DNA of 64,000 nt from an uncultured archaeon. Its GTDB lineage: Archaea; Iainarchaeota; Iainarchaeia; Iainarchaeales; GCA-2688035. The notes below the pieces were generated by a model. It did not search any database. It was not told the DNA's origin and saw only the letters and a list, made by a program, of their open reading frames with translations. Location of the stretch: assembly GCA_964354805.1 (NCBI GenBank), contig CAYHBD010000010.1:4881-68880 (forward strand). Reading direction: 5' to 3'. Of this stretch, positions 26,901 to 35,758 are shown piece after piece. Within the stretch, counting starts at the first letter, position 1. Each line of letters starts with the position of its first letter. The position numbers were made by a program, and so were the translations under genes.

Positions 26901-27116
26901 CGCAGGGGCTGGGATTTGAACCCAGGCTCCCTTTCGAGAACGAGCTCGCCGCAATTTTCGCTTGAAAAAGAAACCAATTTTCTTTTACTGAATCTTTTCT
27001 TTTTCAAAAAGAAAAGGCTTGTTTTGCAAAGCAAAACCCCTTTTCCCCAGGCTTTTTTGCGGAAGCAAAAAAGGCTGTTAGCAGGCTCGCGCGTTAAACC
27101 ACTCCGCCACCCCTGC
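26901..27116 (-). tRNA. tRNA-Ser(GCT) with 132-nt intron at 37/38 (26947-27078)
   Basis: GCAGGGG/CCCCTGC acceptor, CGAGC/GCTCG stem, long variable arm, G discriminator, CUGC/GCGG central helix. Confidence 0.93.
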
Positions 27117-27173
27117 AGCTAGAAAATATTAACGGTGAAAACAATTAAAATTCATCGGTTGCAAAGTTTCTTT

Positions 27174-27566
27174 ATGCCTAGAGTGCTAAGGGGAAAGAAA
27201 GCACGGGCGCCCAGAGTGCCTGCTAAAAAAATGGCAGCCAGGCGTTCAAGGTTTAAGGATGCAGTCAGCGGGATTTGCAATTCTCTGGAATATTCTGTTC
27301 CCTGGATTGGTTATGCAAGCCAGGTTGGAAAGCGCCCTGAAACGCTGGGGAAGGCCCTTGCGCTTGTTGGCAAAAACCGAGGGCAGGCATTTAAAATATT
27401 TTACAGGCTTGCTTTAAGAGGCGGAAACAGCAAGGCTTTTGCGAGAAGGCTTGCAAATTATTTTGTGAAGAAAGAATTTGACCCATACTCAAACCAGGCA
27501 AAAGAGTTAAATCTTTGGTTTCGCAGGGAAGCAAAAAATATAAAAAGGCGAAAGGGTTATATTTAA
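27174..27566 (+). CDS. Basic orphan protein
   Basis: MPRVLRGKKARAPRVPAKK N-terminus. Confidence 0.6.
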   Translation: MPRVLRGKKARAPRVPAKKMAARRSRFKDAVSGICNSLEYSVPWIGYASQVGKRPETLGKALALVGKNRGQAFKIFYRLALRGGNSKAFARRLANYFVKKEFDPYSNQAKELNLWFRREAKNIKRRKGYI

Positions 27567-27570
27567 GTGA

Positions 27571-27855
27571 ATGAGCGAATTTTTGTTTCTGGATGTTGTT
27601 GCAGTCATAGCCGGTGTGGCGGCGATTCACTTTGTTTTGAAAGCACAGAAGCACTTTGGATTGCTAGTCCAGCCTGCTTTCCAGCTGCTTACAACAGTAA
27701 TCGGCCTGCTGATGGCGACAATTGTTGCGAAATACTTCGTTGAAAAAGAGGGCGCGCTGAGCGCGTTGAACAACGCTGTAATAATCGGAATGCTGCTGGC
27801 GATCTGCATGGCAATGTGGATATTTAACCAAAAAATGCCGAGAATAAAAAAGTGA
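27571..27855 (+). CDS. Three-TM hypothetical protein
   Basis: Hydrophobic segments. Confidence 0.6.
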   Translation: MSEFLFLDVVAVIAGVAAIHFVLKAQKHFGLLVQPAFQLLTTVIGLLMATIVAKYFVEKEGALSALNNAVIIGMLLAICMAMWIFNQKMPRIKK

Positions 27856-27926
27856 AAAACGGCTTTTTCTCCATCTGCTTTTTTTGTTTTTAAAAGGTTT
27901 AGGGAAAGTTTAACTGAACGCCATTA

Positions 27927-28085
27927 CGCCCGAGGAAGGACTTGAACCTTCGACCATCCGATTTCCGCATGGCCTTCCAAGGAAGGTATCCACCGTTAAA
28001 ACACGATTTAACAGTCGGATGCTCTACCTGTTGCCCCAGAAGAAACTGTTTTTTCACAGCTTGCTTCTGTCTGAGCTACTCGGGC
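27927..28085 (-). tRNA. tRNA-Asn(GTT) with two introns: 15/16 (28031-28070) and 37/38 (27963-28008)
   Basis: GCCCGAG/CTCGGGC acceptor; D-loop splice motif GCTC/GGGC with AGA and AAC bulges; TCCGA/TCGGA stem. Confidence 0.9.
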
Positions 28086-28456
28086 ATGGATTAATAATAT
28101 GATAAAGAGAACTGGATTTAAATAAAAAGCTTGCTGAATTGGCGTTTTGCAAAAAAATTGGATTATTGCACACTGCTTTTGATTGCAGGCGATGCAATAA
28201 AAACAGCGAGAAAAAAAGCGCTTTAACCCGCTTATACGTGCAAAGAAGCGAAATTAACACTTTTTTCAGAAAATAGGGCTTTGTTAATTGCTTAATGCAA
28301 TGCAGGCCCTGTTTTGTTATGGCTGTTTTTAAATACCAATGCAAAATGCATTATACATAATTCGGGGGGCGTTATTCTTGCTTTGTTTCAGAAAAAGAAG
28401 AAAATCCTGCTTTTATACATAAAAGGGAACCTATATTAAGCACTTTGGGTATAATA

Positions 28457-28632
28457 TTAGCGCAGTTTTTCAAAGTGTTGCATTAGGGAATAAAAAAATT
28501 TCATTTGCAATATTTTGATCAAAGTGCTGCAGAGGGGTGTAATTTTATTATCTTTCGCAGCGCTTTGTCACAATGCCAAGCAGCGAAAACAAAAAACAAA
28601 TGTTCTTTAGCTTGACATTGTGTTGCTGTTAA
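28457..28632 (+). other. Structured ftsZ leader: three abutting hairpins in a closing stem
   Basis: Stems 28470-82/28506-18, 28520-30/28557-67, 28569-81/28610-22; the third is a family B repeat. Confidence 0.55.
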
Positions 28633-28656
28633 AATTTTTTTGAAAGGGGTGGTAAG

Positions 28657-29736
28657 TTGAAGAGTCTGATTGAAAATGCAATGGACAAGTCCACTGGAAA
28701 AGTGGATGAGGATAAAATCGAGGAATTTGGAACTCCAAAGATAATGGTTGTTGGAGTCGGCGGAGCAGGCTGCAACGCGGTTAACAGGCTTGCAAACATG
28801 GGAATTTCAGGCGCACAGCTGGTCGGAGTGAACACTGACAAGCAGCACCTTGCATTGATCAACGACGAGTTGACAAAAATCCTGATCGGAAAAAGCGTTA
28901 CAAGGGGCCTGGGTGCAGGTGGCTATCCGGAGATTGGGGCAAAGGCAGCAGAGGTCAGCAGGAATTCATTGGAGGAAGTGCTGAGCGATGTTGACATGCT
29001 TTTTATTTCAGCCGGAATGGGCGGAGGCACTGGAACAGGAGCAGCTCCAATAATTGCGGAGATTGCAAAAGAGCAGGGCGCAATCGTTATTGGAATTGTG
29101 ACATACCCGTTCGCTCTGGAAAAAGCAAGATTGATCAAAGCAGAAGATGGAATCGAGGCACTGAGGCAGGTTACTGACACAGTGGTTGTAATAGACAACA
29201 ACAGGCTGGTTGAACTGGTTCCAAATCTGCCAATCCAGGACGCATTCAAGGTTGCGGATGAAGTCACAGCAAGAACAGTCAGGGGAATAACTGAAACAAT
29301 CACGCAGCCAAGCCTGATTAACCTGGACTTTGCTGATGTAAGGGCAGTAATGTGCAACAAGGGCCTGAGCGTTATCGCTGTCGGGGAAAGCAAGAGCGTT
29401 GACAGGGTGAACGAGGTAGTTGAAGACACTTTGAAGAACGCTTTGCTTGATGTCGACATTGGCGGTGCAACAGGCGCAATGATCCACATTACAGGCGGAC
29501 CAGACCTGACTCTTGGAGAAGCAAACGCTGTAGGGGAAATGCTGACCGACAGGATTGACCCGAAAGCACAGGTAATCTGGGGCGCAAGGGTTGACCCAAC
29601 ATTCGAGAACAAGATAGAGGTAATAACAATCTTCACAGGAGTCACCTCCCCATACATTAAAGGGCCAAATCCAATCCCGAGCTCGAGCTATACACCGGCA
29701 TCAAAAAGCGATTTGGGAATAGATTATTTAAGATAA
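28657..29736 (+). CDS. ftsZ: Cell division protein FtsZ
   Basis: GVGGAGCN, GMGGGTGTG, INLDFAD. Confidence 0.98.
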   Translation: MKSLIENAMDKSTGKVDEDKIEEFGTPKIMVVGVGGAGCNAVNRLANMGISGAQLVGVNTDKQHLALINDELTKILIGKSVTRGLGAGGYPEIGAKAAEVSRNSLEEVLSDVDMLFISAGMGGGTGTGAAPIIAEIAKEQGAIVIGIVTYPFALEKARLIKAEDGIEALRQVTDTVVVIDNNRLVELVPNLPIQDAFKVADEVTARTVRGITETITQPSLINLDFADVRAVMCNKGLSVIAVGESKSVDRVNEVVEDTLKNALLDVDIGGATGAMIHITGGPDLTLGEANAVGEMLTDRIDPKAQVIWGARVDPTFENKIEVITIFTGVTSPYIKGPNPIPSSSYTPASKSDLGIDYLR

Positions 29737-29785
29737 GCCTTTTTTGCTTCCGCAAAAAAGCCTTGGGAAAAAGGCCTTTGGGAAA
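29735..29785 (+). repeat. Family A hairpin repeat at the ftsZ 3' end
   Basis: AGCCTTTTTTGCTTCCGCAAAAAAGCCTTGGGAAAA, one mismatch to the start of the tRNA-Ser intron. Confidence 0.85.
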
Positions 29786-29887
29786 ACAAAAAAGCAGGGG
29801 GCAGAAAAATTACCCCTTTCTTTTTTCTTTTTTTTATTTAAATTTTAATTTCTGTTTCTTTAATTTTTGCAAGTTCAGTTCATTAAT

Positions 29888-31426
29888 TCACAGCAGCAGG
29901 GGCAGCGCGTTCAGCAGCAGCAGCCCTGCAACAATCCAGAGAAAAAGCCTGCCAATGAATTTTTCTGTTTCTTTTTTGCTCATCCCAAGAAAGCCGAAGT
30001 ATGGCAGGAGTATGATTTTTGCTATTTTTCCGCCGTCGAACGGAACAACAGGCAGGAAGTTCACTGTAGCAATCAGGAAGTTCAGCAGGATAAGCCAGAA
30101 GAAGAAATCAATCAATACATTGCTTACTGTGGAAAACAGCTTGAATGATTCAGGGATTGCATAATTTGGATTCATTTTTTCCTCTATTTCAAAACGCGCC
30201 AAGCCCAATTCGTTTGGGGTAATTGTTTCCCGCAGCAAGGCACCGTTCACATCAAGCAGCATTGTAAAAGGCTTTTTCCTGTTATTGCTCAATTCGTTGG
30301 AAACATCCTCCTGGAAGGAAATGTTTTTGTCGTTCACCTGCAATATCTGCATTCCTGCCTTCAGCTTCCCGAAAGCGGGATTTGCATATTTCTCCCCACA
30401 GATGTCAATGTTCTGGTCAACGCTGGTTATTACAACGCCTGTAACGCTGTTCTGCCTTATTTCATTCGCCCAGCCGCCAAAGAATGGGATAGTGACAGCC
30501 AGATAAAAAACAGTTATCAGCAATGTAATTGCCATGCTTGCATACAAATTCGCTGCCGGCCCAGCAGCGTAAACACGAGCCTGCTCTCTTTCATTTTCTT
30601 TCTGCAGCTGTTTCTCATCAGGCTCAACAAACGCCCCAACTGGGAATATGCCAATTAAAAGCAGGCCAGTGCTCTTGATTGCAAGCTTTATTTTTCTCGC
30701 AAGCACTCCGTGCATCCCTTCGTGCAATACAAGAATTATTACAAAGCTAATCCATGCATGAATTGGCACTGTTATTGGAACATTTGGGATCTGCACGCCT
30801 GGAATTATTGGAGCAACTCCAGGGCAGGCCTGCTTTCCGGCAAGCATGCTCTGCACTATGAACAGGCCGTATGCAAGCAGGATAATTGTCATTGTGCCAG
30901 CCAGGCCAAATACGCCGAAAGCAATTTTTGCAACAGCATCCCAGTTTTCAGTGAAAGGGTTTTGGAACAGCATCTGGAAAAAATAAAAACGCGCTGAAAG
31001 CGCTTCAATCAAAACATACAGGGCTGCGCTTGATGCAAAAAAAATCGCAATCCTTTCAATGCGCTGCTTTTTCCTGCAGAACAGGAAATCAATTGCAACA
31101 GCGCCAAAGCCCATTATCAAGCCAATGTCAGCGAACCAGTTCAGGGCGCGCTTGTGCCTGGTGAATTTGTCAAACAAGGGAACAAAGCGCTTTGTCCTGA
31201 AAAGTGAAACAAAATAGTATGTTTCAGCCTTTCCGCTTTTTTTCAGCAAATAGGTTGAAGCAAAAATGAATGCAATTATGCCAATTGCCCACAACACTAT
31301 TTCATTTAGCAGAAGCGAACCAATATCAGTGAATGCGTTCAAAAAAAACAGCTGCATCAGCAAAATTAGCATGTTCCAGTTTTTAATTTTATGCCAAGCT
31401 GGCATCGCAAAGGCAAACAGGGTCAT
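29888..31426 (-). CDS. Site-2 (M50) membrane metalloprotease with PDZ-like domain (start uncertain)
   Basis: HEGMH, GAFVEPDE, AGPAAN, NFLPVVPFDGG. Confidence 0.93.
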   Translation of the reverse strand: MTLFAFAMPAWHKIKNWNMLILLMQLFFLNAFTDIGSLLLNEIVLWAIGIIAFIFASTYLLKKSGKAETYYFVSLFRTKRFVPLFDKFTRHKRALNWFADIGLIMGFGAVAIDFLFCRKKQRIERIAIFFASSAALYVLIEALSARFYFFQMLFQNPFTENWDAVAKIAFGVFGLAGTMTIILLAYGLFIVQSMLAGKQACPGVAPIIPGVQIPNVPITVPIHAWISFVIILVLHEGMHGVLARKIKLAIKSTGLLLIGIFPVGAFVEPDEKQLQKENEREQARVYAAGPAANLYASMAITLLITVFYLAVTIPFFGGWANEIRQNSVTGVVITSVDQNIDICGEKYANPAFGKLKAGMQILQVNDKNISFQEDVSNELSNNRKKPFTMLLDVNGALLRETITPNELGLARFEIEEKMNPNYAIPESFKLFSTVSNVLIDFFFWLILLNFLIATVNFLPVVPFDGGKIAKIILLPYFGFLGMSKKETEKFIGRLFLWIVAGLLLLNALPLLL

Positions 31427-31842
31427 TCGCTTTTCAATTTTATGCCAAGCGCTTTTTCCAGCTTTGCAATCAATGCATCGTTTGGCTTTATCGCCTGGGC
31501 CTCTATCCTGTGCAGTAATGATTCCTTTTCAAAAACCCTTGCAGCCAATTCCTGCACAGTGAGCTGTTTTTGCTCTCTTGCCTTTCTAATCCTTGCACCG
31601 AAATCAGGCACAATGTCCAGGCCCAAATTAAATTCTTCCCTTTCATAAAATGGCTGACCAATTGTTTGGGCCGGCTTTGCGGCAGATTGCCAAGGCACAT
31701 TAGCAGGAGCAGCTGTTGGCCCAGCCAAAGGCTTTTTCTCCGTTCCAAAGGCAACGCATTCAGAGCAGACAATCAGCATGCTGCCATCCAACTCAATTGT
31801 TCTGCCTTTTCCTGCCTCAGCACCGCAAATCTCGCACTGCAT
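31423..31842 (-). CDS. Archaeal multiprotein bridging factor aMBF1
   Basis: CEICG...CSEC zinc ribbon plus C-terminal HTH. Confidence 0.92.
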   Translation of the reverse strand: MQCEICGAEAGKGRTIELDGSMLIVCSECVAFGTEKKPLAGPTAAPANVPWQSAAKPAQTIGQPFYEREEFNLGLDIVPDFGARIRKAREQKQLTVQELAARVFEKESLLHRIEAQAIKPNDALIAKLEKALGIKLKSE

Positions 31843-31905
31843 GTGATTGAATAAGGGAAAGAAATTTTATTAAAACAAAGAGTAAAATGAAATGGGCAAT
31901 CAATT

Positions 31906-32196
31906 TCAAGTGAGCCTTTTAAGCAGCTTTTCTTTTCTTTGAAGGATTCTCTTAGTTTTGTCTTCTTTTGCTTGAGCTTCTTGCAGCGATTTTAGAGTCC
32001 CTTCTGAGCTTCCAAATCTAAGGTCAGTCCATATCCCTTGCACTCTTTCATGCATTTGTCTATGTACAGCTGTACTCTGTTGAGCCATTGCAAGAGCCTG
32101 CTTCAAACCAGGCATTCGGTTCTCAAGGCGCCGCCTTATTTTTCTTTTCACACAAGAGCGCCTTACAGCAGCGCTGGCTCTTCTTACAATGCCCAT
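31906..32196 (-). CDS. Basic orphan protein flanked by direct repeats
   Basis: Arg-rich N-terminus; about 43-bp repeats at 31834-31877 and 32264-32305. Confidence 0.6.
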   Translation of the reverse strand: MGIVRRASAAVRRSCVKRKIRRRLENRMPGLKQALAMAQQSTAVHRQMHERVQGIWTDLRFGSSEGTLKSLQEAQAKEDKTKRILQRKEKLLKRLT

Positions 32197-32316
32197 TTCA
32201 AACACAACAACACAGGTTCTTGTATTAATTTTTGTTTAACCATATTAATAAATTTTCCCTCAAGCACTGCATGAGATTGAATAAAGGAAAGAAATTTTTT
32301 AAACAGAATGCAGGAA

Positions 32317-32766
32317 TCAGCTGATTGTTATTTCCCCGCTGCAGCTGATTGTGGCACTTTTGTTGAATCCAAAGGCATCAGTGTAATTTATTTCAATTGA
32401 ACTATAACTATGGCTGCCTATGGTGCCTGCAATTGGCGTCAAATCAATGTCAATGCCTGGCGCAACACTGCTTGGGCAGCCTGGCACATTTTCAGCAAAG
32501 GCATTGCTGCCAGTGCAACTAATGCCTGTAAGAGCGCCGCCTGTTAAGTTTGTCAGCTTTATTGTTCCAAGCGGCATGGAGTTGACCAATGTTCCGCTCT
32601 TGCTTAAATTGTGGGCTTTGAACATTATTTTTGTTGGCTCACTGCTGCTGCAAACTATCTCGGCTTGCAGGGCCGAACCAATGGCAGCAGAGGGCGGAGG
32701 CTGCGCAGTGCAGCCGAAAAGCAAAAAGAGCGCAAAAGCGCTTGCAAGCAATAAAATAAGCTTCAT
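32317..32766 (-). CDS. Lipoprotein with beta-rich surface domain
   Basis: LFGC lipobox; CSSSEPTKI motif shared with 46308-46892. Confidence 0.7.
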   Translation of the reverse strand: MKLILLLASAFALFLLFGCTAQPPPSAAIGSALQAEIVCSSSEPTKIMFKAHNLSKSGTLVNSMPLGTIKLTNLTGGALTGISCTGSNAFAENVPGCPSSVAPGIDIDLTPIAGTIGSHSYSSIEINYTDAFGFNKSATISCSGEITIS

Positions 32767-32821
32767 TAGAAACAGCAAAATAACGCTTTTCATGTTTTTA
32801 ATTATTTCTGCGATGGCTTTG

Positions 32822-33376
32822 TCAATTACCCCTGCTGATAGCAGCCAATACTTTCTGTGCAGCATCTCTTACTTCCATTTTTTGGTCATTTTTCATCTCT
32901 TCAAGAAATTTTATTACCTTCAAATCTGCTGAAAGTGGTAAATACAATATTGCATATTTTCTTTCAAGTGGGTTATCAAGTTTTTTTATCAGTTCAATCA
33001 ATTCAGGTAAATGTTGCTTTTCTCCCAATTGTGCAAGTGCGCCTAAAAGCGATGCTCTTTTCTCTGGCTTTGTCTCTTTTTCCAACAGCTTTATTAGAAA
33101 GGGTTTAATTTTTACACCGCCAGTATCCCTAATTTTGCAAACCCAACCCAGACCATGCGCCCTAATGCCCAAATCATTCCTGCTAAGCTGAAAAACTGTG
33201 TTAACTAATGTTTTATGCATTCCTCGCATTCCAATTTCTTTTGCAAAGTTTGCCCTTTCTTTCCGAGCAGCTGTTATGTTTGCCCTTTCTTTCCGAGCAG
33301 CTATTCTTAGAGATTGAATAATTGCACTTCGAGCTGTTTGCCCTAACCGACCAGAGGACTTTCGCGCCCTAACCAT
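32822..33376 (-). CDS. HEAT-repeat protein with basic N-terminus
   Basis: RASLLGALAQLG, EVRDAAQKVL; internal 25-bp duplication at 33248-33272 / 33278-33302. Confidence 0.7.
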   Translation of the reverse strand: MVRARKSSGRLGQTARSAIIQSLRIAARKERANITAARKERANFAKEIGMRGMHKTLVNTVFQLSRNDLGIRAHGLGWVCKIRDTGGVKIKPFLIKLLEKETKPEKRASLLGALAQLGEKQHLPELIELIKKLDNPLERKYAILYLPLSADLKVIKFLEEMKNDQKMEVRDAAQKVLAAISRGN

Positions 33377-33594
33377 ATTCCACCATAGGAAATAAGATTA
33401 CCAATTATTTTAAAAGCAAAAAGGAATTAGGGAAGGAAAGGGTTTGGAAACCGTTTCCTTCACAACTAATAGAATTGGTTTGAACTTATGGCAAATGACT
33501 TTAATTTTTGAACATTTTACTGCCATTTGCTATTTGTAAAAGACATTTTTTGTCCAATTATTTATGTCTTTTACTATAAGTATCTGCTCAACAT

Positions 33595-34215
33595 TTATTG
33601 CCGAAAAAACTTTTTTTTATAGTATTCTTCATTTTTAGCCCGGCTATTTTTTATTCCTGCTTCTTTTAGCCGTGCACAAAGTTTTTCCATGGGCAATCCT
33701 ACAATGTTGGTGTAGCTTCCTTCGATTTTTTCTATTAAAAATTTTCCTTTTCCTTGTATTGCGTATGCTCCCGCCATATCCCTGGGTTCGCGTGTTGCAA
33801 TGTAATCAGTTATTTCTTTTTCACTCAGTTTTTTGAATTTTACTTTTGTTTTTTCAAAATCAACAATTTGTTTTTTTGTATTTGTTTCGACAAGTGCGAT
33901 TCCAGTGTAAACCGAGTGCCATTTTCCACTAAAGCCTTTTAACATTTTTTTTGCGTCTTCAGCATTTTTTGGTTTTCCAATTAACTTGTTTTCAAAGAAA
34001 ACAATTGTGTCAGCGCCAATAATCAAAGAATTTGTAAACTTGTTTGCTAGTGCCATTGCTTTCATCAAAGCATTTTTTTGCGCTATTTGTTCTATAGACA
34101 AGTCATTCAATTCATTGATTTCTTTGACATTTGCAGGAACAATAATAAAGTCCAAGCGAATCTTTCTTAACAAATCAGCCCTTCTAGGAGAACCAGAAGC
34201 CAAAATAACTCTCAT
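33595..34215 (-). CDS. maf: Maf-family nucleoside triphosphate pyrophosphatase
   Basis: ILASGSPRR, IGADTIV, AGAYAIQG, IVGLP. Confidence 0.95.
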   Translation of the reverse strand: MRVILASGSPRRADLLRKIRLDFIIVPANVKEINELNDLSIEQIAQKNALMKAMALANKFTNSLIIGADTIVFFENKLIGKPKNAEDAKKMLKGFSGKWHSVYTGIALVETNTKKQIVDFEKTKVKFKKLSEKEITDYIATREPRDMAGAYAIQGKGKFLIEKIEGSYTNIVGLPMEKLCARLKEAGIKNSRAKNEEYYKKKFFRQ

Positions 34216-34270
34216 TGGAATAATTCCCCAAATTCAACTTCTTATGCCGACTAACAATAACCTCCAACAT

Positions 34271-35089
34271 TTACTTCACTCCCTGCCTCAAATGCTGTTT
34301 AAGCAATTTTATTGCTTCTTCCACTGTTTTGTTCTTGTGGACAACAGCGCAAACCGCTTTGACAAAAGCCGTTGGATTCTCATGCTGGAAACTGTTCCTT
34401 CCCATCGCAACCCCTGCGCCGCCTGCTTTAATGCTTTCCTCAATCATTTTGAGAGTCTGTATTTCATCTGCCTTGCTTCCGCCTGCGATAATTACTGGCA
34501 CTGGGCAGCCTTCAACCACTTCCTTAAAAGATTCAACACTGCCAGTATAATTGGTTTTCACTATATCTGCTCCCAGCTCTGCTGCAGTTCTTACTATGTG
34601 TTTTATAATTTCCACATTTTTATCATCTTTTGCATACATGCCCTTTGGGTAAGCCATTACAAGCAATGGGATACCCCACTCTCTGCATTGCAGTGAAACC
34701 ATTGCAACATCATGCAGCATCTCTGGCTCGGTTTTTGAACCAATGTTCAACTGCATTGAAACTGCATCTGCTCCAAGCTTCAAGGCATGCTGCACTGTAT
34801 TTACCATGACACGCCTTTCCGTGTCAATAGCAAGGTTTGTTCCAGCATTCAAGTGCAAAATTAATCCAATATCTTTGCCGTAGCCTCTTAGCCCGCTCAG
34901 CGCAGAGCCTACATGCAAAACAACTGCGTTTGCCCCCCCTTTTGCCACTGCATCAACGATTTTTGGTATGTCCACAAGCCCTTTTATTGGGCCATATGCA
35001 ACAGGATGATCCAATGGAATTATGACTGTTCTCTTTGTTTCCCTGTCTGTTATCCGCTCTAATCTTATTTCTTTTCCCATTCCGGACAT
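34271..35089 (-). CDS. DhnA-type class I aldolase (ADH synthase/FBP aldolase family)
   Basis: IPLDH, ELGADIVKTNY, AGG, MGRNSFQ. Confidence 0.9.
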   Translation of the reverse strand: MSGMGKEIRLERITDRETKRTVIIPLDHPVAYGPIKGLVDIPKIVDAVAKGGANAVVLHVGSALSGLRGYGKDIGLILHLNAGTNLAIDTERRVMVNTVQHALKLGADAVSMQLNIGSKTEPEMLHDVAMVSLQCREWGIPLLVMAYPKGMYAKDDKNVEIIKHIVRTAAELGADIVKTNYTGSVESFKEVVEGCPVPVIIAGGSKADEIQTLKMIEESIKAGGAGVAMGRNSFQHENPTAFVKAVCAVVHKNKTVEEAIKLLKQHLRQGVK

Positions 35090-35143
35090 TCAGTAACCCC
35101 CTTTCTTGCTTTTTAATCAATGCATAAATACATTTTTATTTGC

Positions 35144-35758
35144 TTAGGCTTTTTCTATCCTTCTTATCACGCAAACCATATCATCAGATTTGTGCCTCAC
35201 TTGGTAGTATTCGACCACATTGAATGACTCTAGGATATCGTTCACCCATTTGTCAATGCTCCACAAATTTCTATAAATGCCATCTCCTTCAAATTGCTTA
35301 ATGTTTGATTCTGAAAGTATGGGTAGACCAAATATGATGTAGTCTGCCAGCTTTAACTGCTTTTCCAGCAGTTCAACAATCTGCTTTTTTTCAAAGTGCT
35401 CTATGACGCCGTGGTGAGTGCAGGCATCAAAGCTGTTTGGCTTGAAATTTTCGTCGATTTTGAAAGCGTCTGCTTGCATGAAGCAAATGTCCTTTCCAAA
35501 GTTTCTGCCATTCATGCGTGCTATCTCCAATACCTTTGCATCCAGTTCAGCGGCAGTTACTTTGAAACCAAATGTTGAAAGGCATATTGCAAGTCTCGCT
35601 CCACCACATCCAACTTCAAGCAGTTTTGCGGGTGGCTTCGCATATTTCAGCACGGTATTATAATAGGGCTTGTAGATGGCCATGTATTCCTTGAACCGTT
35701 CTTCGTTTAGAATTCTTTTTTTGTAGTATTCAAGCCACTCGTTTTTATTCCATCCCAT
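35144..35758 (-). CDS. Class I SAM-dependent methyltransferase
   Basis: LLEVGCGGA, GVIEHF. Confidence 0.9.
   Translation of the reverse strand: MGWNKNEWLEYYKKRILNEERFKEYMAIYKPYYNTVLKYAKPPAKLLEVGCGGARLAICLSTFGFKVTAAELDAKVLEIARMNGRNFGKDICFMQADAFKIDENFKPNSFDACTHHGVIEHFEKKQIVELLEKQLKLADYIIFGLPILSESNIKQFEGDGIYRNLWSIDKWVNDILESFNVVEYYQVRHKSDDMVCVIRRIEKA

Larger units (their letters stand above)
16019..26911. mobile_element. Integrated element (about 10.9 kb) at tRNA-Ser(GCT); satellite- or provirus-like
   Basis: 11-bp direct repeat CGCAGGGGCTG (16019-16029; 26901-26911) equal to the tRNA 3' end; tyrosine integrase adjacent to the tRNA; primase and helicase genes. Confidence 0.88.

Noticed and set aside
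28923-29657. Long antisense ORFs (also opposite guaB, copA, thiC and fen)
   Set aside because: Shadow frames of well-conserved genes with no motifs of their own.
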